Under the pieces are notes generated by a model. It was not told where the DNA came from. It made no database searches and worked only from the letters and a program-made list of their open reading frames with translations. DNA of 64,000 bases, taken from contig CAXXMD010000002.1 of the NCBI GenBank assembly GCA_963675755.2, positions 384,001 to 448,000 of the forward strand. Direction: 5' to 3'. Below are positions 39,978 through 48,754 of the stretch, piece after piece (position 1 is the stretch's first letter; each line of letters opens with the position of its first letter). The DNA is from a bacterium (GTDB lineage Bacteria > Zhuqueibacterota > Zhuqueibacteria > Residuimicrobiales > Krinioviventaceae). The position numbers and the translations under genes were made by a program.

Positions 39978-40787
39978 GTGATGATGAATTATTTTAAAAC
40001 TACAATATTTATACTGATTGTAATATTTGTGAATTTACTCCTGGCTGCTGAAAAGAATACCCATATAATACTCCAGGAATGGCAGCTCATTTACAAAGAA
40101 TACAATGCGCAGGGCATTACGATTGTATATGATTTGAACAATGATCAGTTTTATTATAATGATACAAATAGGGCCAGGAAACAGTATTTACCGGCATCCA
40201 CATTTAAATTACTCAATTCTTTAATTGCGCTTGAAACCGGTGTTATTAAAGATGAAAATGAAATAATTAAATGGGATGAAAAAGATCGTGGCATTCCTCA
40301 ATGGAACCGTGATCATTGTTTGAAAACCGCATTTTCCAATTCTGTTGTATGGTTTTATCAAGAGTTGAGTCGACGCATTGGCCGTAATCGAATGCAGCAA
40401 TATGTAAAATTGTCAGATTATGGTAACCATGAAATAAATGGAGCAATTGATAGTTTCTGGCTTGATGGCCAGTTGCGAATTACTCCATTGGAACAAATTG
40501 AATTTCTGAAACGACTCTATTTTGAGCAATTACCATTTTCTAAACGTAATTTTGAAATTGTAAAACGAATCAGCATTGTTGAACAAACCAATTCTTATAC
40601 ATTGCATGCCAAGTCGGGATGGGCAACAAGTGTATTTCCAAATGTTGGCTGGTGGGTTGGATATTTGGAACAAGATAATAATGTATATTTTTTTGCAACG
40701 GAAATTGATATAATTGATCCATCAGACAATGACAAAAGAGAACTATTAACCCGTGAGATTTTAAAATCCATGGATCTTTTGCAATAG
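39978..40787 (+). CDS. Class D (OXA-like) serine beta-lactamase family protein
   Basis: Signal peptide; PASTFK, SVVWFY, YGN, FWLDGQLRITP, KSG, GWWVG. Start may be ATG 39981 or 39984. Confidence 0.88.
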   Translation: MMMNYFKTTIFILIVIFVNLLLAAEKNTHIILQEWQLIYKEYNAQGITIVYDLNNDQFYYNDTNRARKQYLPASTFKLLNSLIALETGVIKDENEIIKWDEKDRGIPQWNRDHCLKTAFSNSVVWFYQELSRRIGRNRMQQYVKLSDYGNHEINGAIDSFWLDGQLRITPLEQIEFLKRLYFEQLPFSKRNFEIVKRISIVEQTNSYTLHAKSGWATSVFPNVGWWVGYLEQDNNVYFFATEIDIIDPSDNDKRELLTREILKSMDLLQ

Positions 40788-40830
40788 TTACGTGTTTAAT
40801 AATATATAATTATTCATAGGGGAGTATATT

Positions 40831-41280
40831 ATGTATCGCTATTTAATCTGCAGTGTTATAATCATTTCTTTTATTTTTATTTCCTGCTCTGATAATGTTA
40901 CCGAAAAAGAAGAAGTAATTGTTGATTACGAATACCTGGGTATGCAAAATTCAGGATGTTTAAAGCACGGATTGGAAAAAACAACATCGGAGGAAACATA
41001 CCTAAAAGACTGGGATCTTGTTGATGGAATTCTTGATCTTTCCATTTACCATCTCGCAAATTGTTGTACTGAATTTGTTGATAGTGTAGCTGTTAGTGGA
41101 AATACAATTGATTTGTTTTTACAGGATGTTCACCAGAACTGTCATTGTATTTGTGATTATACAACAGATTACTCTTTTCGTATACCTACACTTTTAGAAT
41201 ATCACATAAGATTTAACTACAAGGCATATTTAGCAACCACCTATACCTGCACGCTGGATACAGTAATACATGTTCAATAA
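40831..41280 (+). CDS. Cys-rich lipoprotein, paralog 1
   Basis: Lipobox FISC; EYLGMQNSGCL, ANCC, CHCIC. Confidence 0.75.
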   Translation: MYRYLICSVIIISFIFISCSDNVTEKEEVIVDYEYLGMQNSGCLKHGLEKTTSEETYLKDWDLVDGILDLSIYHLANCCTEFVDSVAVSGNTIDLFLQDVHQNCHCICDYTTDYSFRIPTLLEYHIRFNYKAYLATTYTCTLDTVIHVQ

Positions 41281-41321
41281 ATTTAACAATTTATAATTGA
41301 CTACTTAATTTGGGGTGTAAT

Positions 41322-41768
41322 ATGTTAAAATTTTATTTTTCCATTGCAGGTATAATGCTGCTCCTGATTTGGGGATGTTCCAATATTATGGATGATAATG
41401 TACCCCAAAAGTCTGTTGAATATCTGGGGATGCAGAATTCAGGATGCCTGCCTGAAGGCTTGCAAAAAACAGCTTTTAATGAACCCTCTGTCTATAAATG
41501 GGATTATTCAAATGGTATTTTAAATCTTGGTATTTATCATTCTTCAAATTGTTGTCCTGAATTTCATGACAGCGTTGCTGTTAATGGCCGGCAGATTGAA
41601 ATGTATTTAAGAGATGATCTCGGTAATTGTTTGTGTATTTGCGAATATCATACAGATTATTCTTTTCAGTTAACAGAGCTGGGTGAGTACCGCATTTTGT
41701 TTTATTTTAAATATAAGGCACAAGCTCATTATTCAGCTTTGATTGACACTGTATTGCAAATAAATTAA
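41322..41768 (+). CDS. Cys-rich lipoprotein, paralog 2
   Basis: Lipobox IWGC; EYLGMQNSGCL, SNCC, CLCIC. Start ATG 41322. Confidence 0.75.
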   Translation: MLKFYFSIAGIMLLLIWGCSNIMDDNVPQKSVEYLGMQNSGCLPEGLQKTAFNEPSVYKWDYSNGILNLGIYHSSNCCPEFHDSVAVNGRQIEMYLRDDLGNCLCICEYHTDYSFQLTELGEYRILFYFKYKAQAHYSALIDTVLQIN

Positions 41769-41796
41769 TTCTTATATTTAAATTCAAGGAATTGAT

Positions 41797-42246
41797 ATGT
41801 ATAAAAATCTAATGTTCATTATTGTGATTGGTTTACTTTTCTCGAGTTGTTCCGAAATCCTGGATAATGATAAAGAAAAGAAAAAAACATCCGAATATCT
41901 GGGTATGCAACATTCCGGATGTCTCAATGATGTTTTGAAAAAAACAGCGATGCCTGATTTTTATCTTGCTGACTGGGATTATAACAATGGTTTGCTTTTG
42001 TTAGACATTAACTATTATGCAAATTGCTGTTTATCATCCTTTATAGATAGTGTGGATTTTGATGGTGATATTATTAATCTGTTTTTACGAGTTGAAGGCC
42101 AGGGATGTTATTGTACTTGTCCCTATACTATAGAATATGCGTTTCAATTAAACAGACCTTCTCCGTACAAAGTTTTATTTCATTTACAGGACCTTGGCAA
42201 AACAGATTATGTAACCCGTATTGACACTTTAATTAATGTGAAATAA
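41797..42246 (+). CDS. Cys-rich lipoprotein, paralog 3
   Basis: Lipobox FSSC; EYLGMQHSGCL, ANCC, CYCTC. Confidence 0.75.
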   Translation: MYKNLMFIIVIGLLFSSCSEILDNDKEKKKTSEYLGMQHSGCLNDVLKKTAMPDFYLADWDYNNGLLLLDINYYANCCLSSFIDSVDFDGDIINLFLRVEGQGCYCTCPYTIEYAFQLNRPSPYKVLFHLQDLGKTDYVTRIDTLINVK

Positions 42247-42884
42247 TGAAAAAAATTATATTTCTTCTTTTAAACGCTATACTCGTTTTGACGAGTACAC
42301 AATTGTTTGCTCAGGAACCTGTCTCTGGTAAAGATTTTTCAAACCAGGTCCTTGTCGAGTTGAATAAAGTCCGGCAAAATCCTCAAGATTATGTAGAAAA
42401 TCTAAAAATATTGAGAAATCAATATAATGGAATGTTTGTACAAAAAGGTGGAGTATTATTCAAAACGCAGGAAGGTGTTCAAGCTGTTAATGAAGCAATT
42501 GTCTATTTACAATCAATAAAATCATTACCACCTTTACTGCTTTCTAATGGTTTGTCAAAAGCTGCATTTGACCATGTGATACAACAAGGGAAGGTAGGGC
42601 AGACGGGTCATACAGGAAATGATGGGCTTACACCTGATAAGCGAATACAAAAGTATGGATCCTGGCTTTATACTATGGGTGAGAACATTTCTTACGGAAG
42701 CAAAACACCCCGTGATGTAATACTGGATTTGATTGTAGACGATGGAGTTCCTGACCGGGGACACCGTATAAATATTTTTAATCCGGATTTCAAATTAACA
42801 GGTATTGCCTATGGTCCGCATACCCGTTATGATACTATTTGTGTTATTACTTTTGCCGGAGGTTTTGTTGATAAAGTACAATAA
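42246..42884 (+). CDS. CAP/SCP-domain secreted protein
   Basis: LNKVRQNP, GHTGNDG, GENISYG, VDDGVPDRGHRINIF. Confidence 0.88.
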   Translation: MKKIIFLLLNAILVLTSTQLFAQEPVSGKDFSNQVLVELNKVRQNPQDYVENLKILRNQYNGMFVQKGGVLFKTQEGVQAVNEAIVYLQSIKSLPPLLLSNGLSKAAFDHVIQQGKVGQTGHTGNDGLTPDKRIQKYGSWLYTMGENISYGSKTPRDVILDLIVDDGVPDRGHRINIFNPDFKLTGIAYGPHTRYDTICVITFAGGFVDKVQ

Positions 42885-42913
42885 AAAAAGGCCGGAAGAA
42901 AGTATCCGGCCTT
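42883..42913 (-). terminator. Intrinsic terminator, U-tract on the minus strand
   Basis: Minus strand AAGGCCGGA-TACTTTCT-TCCGGCCTT then T-run; the plus-strand tail is weak. Confidence 0.8.
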
Positions 42914-43105
42914 ATCTATATAAAAATCATTGTCGGTGATGTTTTTTGAATTCATCTCGCTAGCAACAATGCGAATTCATTCAGGAAAAGGAGAAGGGAT
43001 TGCAGTATTTTATTTTATCACCTAACTTACCAGCTTTATATTATGTTTGTCCACCGAACAATGATCATGATTTCTTTATAATTTTTTTTATTATCATCCT
43101 GCTTT
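42883..43105 (-). ncRNA. Candidate ECF-sigma-dependent small RNA (~220 nt)
   Basis: Bounded by an ECF-type promoter (43113-43140) and a minus-strand terminator; long closing stem; C/U-rich anti-SD-like tract; no credible ORF. Confidence 0.5.
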
Positions 43106-43112
43106 TAATTTT

Positions 43113-43140
43113 ATAACGCATTAAATGCAGTCTTGTTTCA
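43113..43140 (-). promoter_or_regulatory. ECF sigma-type promoter P1
   Basis: Minus strand TGAAAC-N16-CGTTAT. Confidence 0.65.
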
Positions 43141-43252
43141 TAATCTTGTGTAAACTATTGTATAATTGGGAAATCGTGTTTCTAAATTCCGAATAATTAA
43201 TTAATTGCGATTCTATTCAAAATTATAGCGAAGGAATTTTTTTACATTTTAC

Positions 43253-43290
43253 AAGATCCATACAATGCAAGATTACAGTGTATGGATCTT
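43253..43290 (-). terminator. Hairpin directly after the 43294-43689 gene
   Basis: AAGATCCATACA...TGTATGGATCTT 12-bp perfect stem; poor U-tract. Confidence 0.55.
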
Positions 43291-43293
43291 AAA

Positions 43294-43689
43294 TTATTGT
43301 TCACTTGATAGCACAAGAGTGCTGTAAAGATTATTAAAGAATTCCCTGTGGTCAGGAGCAGTTATAAATACTGTGCTCTCTTTTGGATTTTCTTTCATAA
43401 TTGTCTTTACGAGATTGGCATTGATGCGAATAATTGAGGAATTGTCGTTTTTTTCAAGTTTGGCAATTACTTTTTCAACTTTTGCCATGTTGTAATCGGG
43501 ATATTGGAATTTTAATTTTGTAAGTTGAAACATTGCGCTGTTTTTTAAACCGATATTGTCTGACTCTAGTGCTTGAAGCAAATTACTTACAGCCATCTCT
43601 ACCTGAGGGTTGGGGGCCGGTTTGGGTTTGGCGTATAAAATGCCGGTAAACAGAATACACACCATTGAAATAATTACAATTTTCTTCAT
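43294..43689 (-). CDS. Small secreted alpha-helical (HEAT-like) protein, paralog A
   Basis: Signal peptide; NLLQALESDNIGLKNSAMFQL; aligns along its full length with 44729-45115. Confidence 0.75.
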   Translation of the reverse strand: MKKIVIISMVCILFTGILYAKPKPAPNPQVEMAVSNLLQALESDNIGLKNSAMFQLTKLKFQYPDYNMAKVEKVIAKLEKNDNSSIIRINANLVKTIMKENPKESTVFITAPDHREFFNNLYSTLVLSSEQ

Positions 43690-43743
43690 GATGCTTTCCT
43701 TTATGTTAGTAAAACAAATGATGCTGATGATGTTCTCATTATA

Positions 43744-43772
43744 TTAGACGTATTACTTTAAAAAATGTTACA
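43744..43772 (-). promoter_or_regulatory. ECF sigma-type promoter P2
   Basis: Minus strand TGTAAC-N16-CGTCTAA. Confidence 0.7.
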
Positions 43773-43791
43773 TACATTAAATATTGCAATG

Positions 43792-43820
43792 TTGCCTTTT
43801 TTTTCAAATTAGTGTATATT
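43792..43820 (+). promoter_or_regulatory. Possible sigma70 promoter for the acid phosphatase gene
   Basis: TTGCCT-N17-TATATT. Confidence 0.4.
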
Positions 43821-43848
43821 AGAAAAAAATCTTGTGTGAGGTGTTTTA

Positions 43849-44676
43849 ATGCGTTATTATAGAGGCCCTTTAATTGTACTTGTTTTGTTTCTTTTTCTCA
43901 ATATCTCCTGTCAAAAGTTGGATGTTTCTGCTACCTTTGGTAAGGATGAGAATCCCAGTAATTTTATTGAAAGTTCTGTGTTATGGATACAACGCTCTGC
44001 TGAAGCACGTGCCTTGTACTATCAAACTTTTACTTTGGCAAAAATTCAGCTTGTAAATAAGCTTTCTACTTATCATGGCAACAAACCACCAGCAATAGTT
44101 GTGGATGTGGATGAAACAGTTCTGGATAATTCACCTTACGAAGCCATGCTGTTAGTTGATGATAAAGAATATCCCAAATATTGGGATGACTGGATCGATA
44201 TTGCTGTAGCCAAACCTGTTCCCGGAGCATTGGATTTTCTGTTATATGCTGATTCAATGGGAGTTGATGTTTTCTATATTACCAATCGAAATGAATCTCA
44301 AAAAAAAGGTACACTTTTAAACCTAATCCGTGTTGGCTTTCCTGATGCTGTTAATGAGCATCTATTGGTAAAAACTGAAAGCAGTGATAAAACATCACGT
44401 CGTCAAGCTGTCAGCCAGACTCATGAAATTTTGTTATTATGTGGCGATAATTTGGGGGATTTTGATCAGGTTTTTCAGGAAAAGTCTGTGCAAGATCGTT
44501 CAGCTACAGTAGACAGTTTAAAACACTTGTTCGGTACAAGGTTTATTGTACTACCTAATCCCATGTATGGTGACTGGATTGGCGCTGCTTATAATTATGA
44601 TTACGGTTTGGAGAATAGTAAAAAAATTGAAATGAGGCGAAACCTGTTGGATGTATATTCAAAACACTTGAAATAA
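43849..44676 (+). CDS. Class C acid phosphatase / 5'-nucleotidase lipoprotein, e(P4) family
   Basis: Lipobox NISC; DVDETVLDNSPY, YITNR, GDNLGDF, LPNPMYGDW. Confidence 0.92.
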   Translation: MRYYRGPLIVLVLFLFLNISCQKLDVSATFGKDENPSNFIESSVLWIQRSAEARALYYQTFTLAKIQLVNKLSTYHGNKPPAIVVDVDETVLDNSPYEAMLLVDDKEYPKYWDDWIDIAVAKPVPGALDFLLYADSMGVDVFYITNRNESQKKGTLLNLIRVGFPDAVNEHLLVKTESSDKTSRRQAVSQTHEILLLCGDNLGDFDQVFQEKSVQDRSATVDSLKHLFGTRFIVLPNPMYGDWIGAAYNYDYGLENSKKIEMRRNLLDVYSKHLK

Positions 44677-44709
44677 AAAAAGCCCTGGTCTTAAAACCAG
44701 GGCTTTTTT
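44675..44709. terminator. Bidirectional intrinsic terminator
   Basis: A-run-GCCCTGGT-CTTAAA-ACCAGGGC-T-run between convergent genes. Confidence 0.88.
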
Positions 44710-44728
44710 GTTATCTATTTTCGAAATC

Positions 44729-45115
44729 TTAATTAGGATAATAAATAGAATTATACAGGTCACTGAAAAATTCCTGTGGTTCAGCTGCTGCAAGATTAAC
44801 CATACTTTCAGCTGTTTTATCATTAAGTACAGTATCAACTAGATTTGCGTTTACACGTACAATTGCAGATTTGTCTTTTTTGGCAACTTTTTCAACTTCT
44901 TTTTCAACTTTACTCAAATCAAAATCAGGATATTGTGCTCTGATTTTAGCAATCTGATATAGTGCACTGTTTCTTACACCGGCATTATCAGATTTTAGAG
45001 ACATTACTAGATTTTTTGCTGCAATTTCTAAATGTGAATCTTTTGGGGTTTCTTTTGCAAAGGTTAAACCTGTTGCTAACAAGGTTAAAATTAATACGAT
45101 AAAAAGCTTTTTCAT
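44729..45115 (-). CDS. Small secreted alpha-helical (HEAT-like) protein, paralog B
   Basis: Signal peptide; NLVMSLKSDNAGVRNSALYQI; QYPDFDLSKVEK; RVNANLV; EFFSDLY. Confidence 0.75.
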   Translation of the reverse strand: MKKLFIVLILTLLATGLTFAKETPKDSHLEIAAKNLVMSLKSDNAGVRNSALYQIAKIRAQYPDFDLSKVEKEVEKVAKKDKSAIVRVNANLVDTVLNDKTAESMVNLAAAEPQEFFSDLYNSIYYPN

Positions 45116-45170
45116 GATATACTCCTAAATGTTAGTTTTTAAAACGATGTTTTTTATGTTCTCTTACCTT

Positions 45171-45199
45171 ATAAACGTACATCTGTATAAAAAGTTGTT
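45171..45199 (-). promoter_or_regulatory. ECF sigma-type promoter P3
   Basis: Minus strand AACAAC-N16-CGTTTAT. Confidence 0.6.
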
Positions 45200-45406
45200 A
45201 TAATTCTTGTAAAACAATGTATCAGTAATTGAAACAGACTATGTGTAAATTTATTAATTTGTATAATATGTTAATAAATAGGAGCTTGCAGTTCAAAGGT
45301 TGGGGAATAAGATTTCATTTGGTTTTACAATTTACTTACATTTGTATTGCAGATAATCAATAGTGGTATGTTATTTTGGTATAAATGGATTAAGAATTTT
45401 AGATAT

Positions 45407-45439
45407 AAAAAATACCGGATTGTTATCCGGTATTTTTTT
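45407..45439. terminator. Intrinsic terminator after the DUF2892 gene
   Basis: A-run-TACCGGAT-TGTT-ATCCGGTA-T-run. Confidence 0.8.
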
Positions 45440-45635
45440 AAACAGTGCCAGTATTTTTACGAATCGTTGACAGTTTGAAAATTTTGTATAATGGACAAAC
45501 ATGAACAAGACCGGTCAAAAGAGGTACAAGTCCAACTAATCCCCACCAGCTTTGGTAAAATATGCCCAGGGTTAGAATAATTACACCTAGAACCAATCTA
45601 AATATCCTGTCAGTCGTACCTATATTTTTATTCAT
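45438..45635 (-). CDS. DUF2892 (YgaP-like) small membrane protein
   Basis: MNKNIGTTDRIFRLVLG...TGLVHVCPLYKIFKLST; RBS AGGAG. Confidence 0.88.
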   Translation of the reverse strand: MNKNIGTTDRIFRLVLGVIILTLGIFYQSWWGLVGLVPLLTGLVHVCPLYKIFKLSTIRKNTGTV

Positions 45636-45731
45636 TAATAACTCCTTTCCAAATTTATAAAAATAACACTTTTAATGCTTGAATATTCCCGCAAAATTTT
45701 AAGATACAATGGTTTGTTATTTATTAATTTT

Positions 45732-45761
45732 TTATGAAACAATTATGAAATTTTTATGAAA
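45732..45761. repeat. Three TTATGAAA direct repeats with 11-bp period (probable regulator binding array)
   Basis: Exact copies at 45732, 45743 and 45754; degenerate copy TTATTAAT at 45721. Confidence 0.7.
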
Positions 45762-45766
45762 ATAAC

Positions 45767-45795
45767 TTGACATTTTATCAAAGATTTGTTAATAT
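45767..45795 (+). promoter_or_regulatory. Sigma70 promoter of the alpha-glucan locus
   Basis: TTGACA-N17-TAATAT with extended -10 TG. Confidence 0.75.
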
Positions 45796-45809
45796 TCAGT
45801 AACGGAGGT

Positions 45810-45823
45810 TGGAAGCGCTTCCA
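45810..45823. promoter_or_regulatory. LacI-family operator
   Basis: Perfect palindrome TGGAAGCGCTTCCA between the promoter and the LacI start. Confidence 0.85.
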
Positions 45824-45849
45824 CTGTTATCACAAAACAGGAAGCTTAT

Positions 45850-46914
45850 GTGTCAATAACAATTTATGATGTTGCCCGCAAGGCAGGTGTAGGCATTGCG
45901 ACGGTTTCGCGTGCTTTTAATGACAGTTCGTTGATTCGGGAAGAAACGAAAAAGCGGATTCTTGAAATAGCGGATGAATTAAATTATCAACCACATGGTT
46001 TGGCCCGCGGTTTAGCTCGTAAACAAACCCATACTATTGCTACAGTTGTTCCCTTCTTTTTTAATTATTTCTTTTTAAATTTGCTTAAAAACGTTCAATA
46101 TTCACTGTCTAAAAAGAATTATGACATGTTTTTGTACAGTGTAGATAATCTTGAGCATAAAGAAAACATGTTTGATAAAGTGTTGTATGAAAGAAAGTGT
46201 GATGGGGTAATGCTTTTTTCGCTTACACTTGATGAAGAATATGCTGATAAATTTATAAAATCTAATGTTCCTGTCATTATTGTAGATAATTATCATTCAA
46301 GCCTGGATTCCATTACCATCTCTAATAAGAGAGGTGCCAAAGATGCCACTAATCATTTAATTAGTTTAGGGCACAAGAAAATCGCAATGATTAATGGAAA
46401 CCTTTCCAGTTTTCCTGCCAAAGTTAGATTAGAAGGTTTTAATGAAGCTTTAAAAGAAAATAATATTGTTAACAATCCACGTTATATAATAAATGCTGAT
46501 CTGGATTTGGGTGAAGACGGATTTAATGAAATGGCCGGATATCGTGCCATGAAACAGTTAGCAGCCCTTGGGAAAAACCGACCTACAGCAATATTTATTT
46601 CTTCTGATATTCAGGCAATTGGAGCACTGCGTGCTGCAAAAGAAGAGGGCATTAGTGTACCTGATGATTGCGCTATTGTAGGATTTGATGATATTGATTT
46701 TGCAAAATATGTCGGTCTTTCAACTATGCGTCAGCCAGTTCATACAATGGCTGAGCTTGCTGTAAATCGACTTTTAAGAAGAATTGAAAACAAAACCCGT
46801 GATAAATTTCAGGTTGAACTTTCTGCGGAATTGATAGTCCGTGAAAGTTGCGGTGCCCGAAATGTAACAACACACCTTGGTGATATTAGTACTGACGATG
46901 CAATTTTCCTGTAA
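45850..46914 (+). CDS. LacI-family transcriptional regulator (probably maltose/alpha-glucan responsive)
   Basis: TIYDVARKAGVGIATVSRAFN, LARGLAR, VGFDD, LIVRESCG. Confidence 0.95.
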   Translation: MSITIYDVARKAGVGIATVSRAFNDSSLIREETKKRILEIADELNYQPHGLARGLARKQTHTIATVVPFFFNYFFLNLLKNVQYSLSKKNYDMFLYSVDNLEHKENMFDKVLYERKCDGVMLFSLTLDEEYADKFIKSNVPVIIVDNYHSSLDSITISNKRGAKDATNHLISLGHKKIAMINGNLSSFPAKVRLEGFNEALKENNIVNNPRYIINADLDLGEDGFNEMAGYRAMKQLAALGKNRPTAIFISSDIQAIGALRAAKEEGISVPDDCAIVGFDDIDFAKYVGLSTMRQPVHTMAELAVNRLLRRIENKTRDKFQVELSAELIVRESCGARNVTTHLGDISTDDAIFL

Positions 46915-46928
46915 ACTTGGATTAAATT

Positions 46929-48737
46929 ATGAAAAAATTTCTAATTTTCATTGTGTTATTTATGTCCGTATCACTCTTTAGCCAAACATCTTCCATTAAT
47001 TACAGTGTACCGGAATGGAGTAAAAACGTAATTTGGTATCAGATATTCCCTGAACGTTTTTGCAATAGTGATCAAAGCAATGGTCCCTTTTTCCATGATA
47101 TTTTTGGTTCATGGCCTCATGATACTACAAGTGCCTGGGGATTGTCAAACTGGACCGGTGATTGGTATGCTCTGGAAAGATGGGAAAATGATGGACAGGG
47201 ATTTTACCACCATGTGCAAAGACGGAGATATGGCGGAGATTTGCAGGGAATTATAGATAAACTCGATTATTTACAGGAATTGGGAATTAATGCTATTTAT
47301 CTAAATCCCGTGTTTGAAGCTCCATCAATGCACAAATACGATGCTTCTTCTTATCATCATATTGATGATAATTTTGGTCCTGATCCTGAATACGATAGAA
47401 AACTCATCGCCACTGAGATTCCCCATGATCCGTCTACCTGGAAAATGACTTCTGCGGATTCACTGTTTTTTGTACTTATTGATCAAGTTCATAAACGGGA
47501 TATGCGCATTATCATTGATGGTGTTTGGAACCATGTTGGTATGACATTCTGGGCATTTAGAGATGTTGTTAAAAATCAGGAATCCTCTTTATATAAAGAC
47601 TGGTTTATCATCAAAGCTTTTGATAATCCCGCAACACCCGAAAGTGAATTCGATTATAAAGGGTGGTGGGATGTTAGAGAACTTCCCGAGTTGATGGAAG
47701 ATGAAAATGGATTCAATCCCGAATTTTGGCAATATGTAAAAAATTCAGTTTCGAAATGGATGGATCCTAATGGTGATGGCGATCCATCAGATGGTATTGA
47801 TGGCTGGCGTTTGGATGTTGCTGCTGAAGTGGGTTTCCCTGTATGGAAAAGATTCAGAGATCATGTTCGCACCATTAATCCGGAAGCTTACTTGTCTGGA
47901 GAAATTTGGTTTGATGAAGGAATCGACAAGTGGCTGCAAGGTGATATTTATGATGCGGTTATGAACTATCGTTTTGCCCAGAGTTGTGTACGTTTCTTTA
48001 TGGATACGGAAAAGCCTTTTTCTTTTTCACCATCTGAATTTGATTATGCATTACTCGAAATGAGAAATACCTATCCTCACGATGCCCAATATGTATTACA
48101 GAACTTGATGGACAGTCACGATACAGACCGTATGACCTCTATGATTATCAATAACAACCGGAATTATGGTTCTGATCACCGTTTGGAAAATAATCCCAAT
48201 TATGATGTACGTAAACCCAACTCGCTCGAACGAGATATTCAAAAGCTGATTGTACTCATGCAAATGACATATATTGGTGCTCCGATGGTTTATTATGGAG
48301 ATGAAGCGGGAATGTGGGGCGCTTCTGATCCTGATGAAAGAAAACCCATGTTGTGGAAAGAGTTGAAATATGATGATGAAGCTACCCATCCTCTGGGTAA
48401 ATCACGTCCTGTTGATAAAAATGTATTTGATCCCGAATTGTTTGCATATTATCAGAATCTGATTAAAACCCGTTTACAATATGATGCATTGCGTTCAGGT
48501 GAATATGAAACCCTGGTCAAAGATGATGATAAAAACATATTTATTTTTAGTCGTAAAGATTCCAATGATGAATTTATTATTGTTATGAATAATTCATTTG
48601 ATTCTCAAACTGTTAAAATTAATGTGGCTGGAAAATCAGCGCAGGATATTATTACAGGTAAAACACAGACAATCTCAAACAATGAATTGTCTGTGTCATT
48701 ACATCCAAAACAAGGTATGCTTTTACATATTCATTAA
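46929..48737 (+). CDS. GH13 neopullulanase/cyclomaltodextrinase-like enzyme with signal peptide (SusA-like role)
   Basis: WYQIFPERF, GGDLQGI, DGVWNH, DGWRLDVA, GEIW, DSHDTDR, YYGDE. Confidence 0.92.
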   Translation: MKKFLIFIVLFMSVSLFSQTSSINYSVPEWSKNVIWYQIFPERFCNSDQSNGPFFHDIFGSWPHDTTSAWGLSNWTGDWYALERWENDGQGFYHHVQRRRYGGDLQGIIDKLDYLQELGINAIYLNPVFEAPSMHKYDASSYHHIDDNFGPDPEYDRKLIATEIPHDPSTWKMTSADSLFFVLIDQVHKRDMRIIIDGVWNHVGMTFWAFRDVVKNQESSLYKDWFIIKAFDNPATPESEFDYKGWWDVRELPELMEDENGFNPEFWQYVKNSVSKWMDPNGDGDPSDGIDGWRLDVAAEVGFPVWKRFRDHVRTINPEAYLSGEIWFDEGIDKWLQGDIYDAVMNYRFAQSCVRFFMDTEKPFSFSPSEFDYALLEMRNTYPHDAQYVLQNLMDSHDTDRMTSMIINNNRNYGSDHRLENNPNYDVRKPNSLERDIQKLIVLMQMTYIGAPMVYYGDEAGMWGASDPDERKPMLWKELKYDDEATHPLGKSRPVDKNVFDPELFAYYQNLIKTRLQYDALRSGEYETLVKDDDKNIFIFSRKDSNDEFIIVMNNSFDSQTVKINVAGKSAQDIITGKTQTISNNELSVSLHPKQGMLLHIH

Positions 48738-48754
48738 GCCTTTGGAGTTTATTA

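Noticed and set aside
42883-43105. 6S RNA or leader peptide (MIIKKIIKKS) interpretation of the sRNA candidate
   Set aside because: The fold is asymmetric rather than the 6S rod with a central bubble; the mini-ORFs lack a properly spaced RBS.
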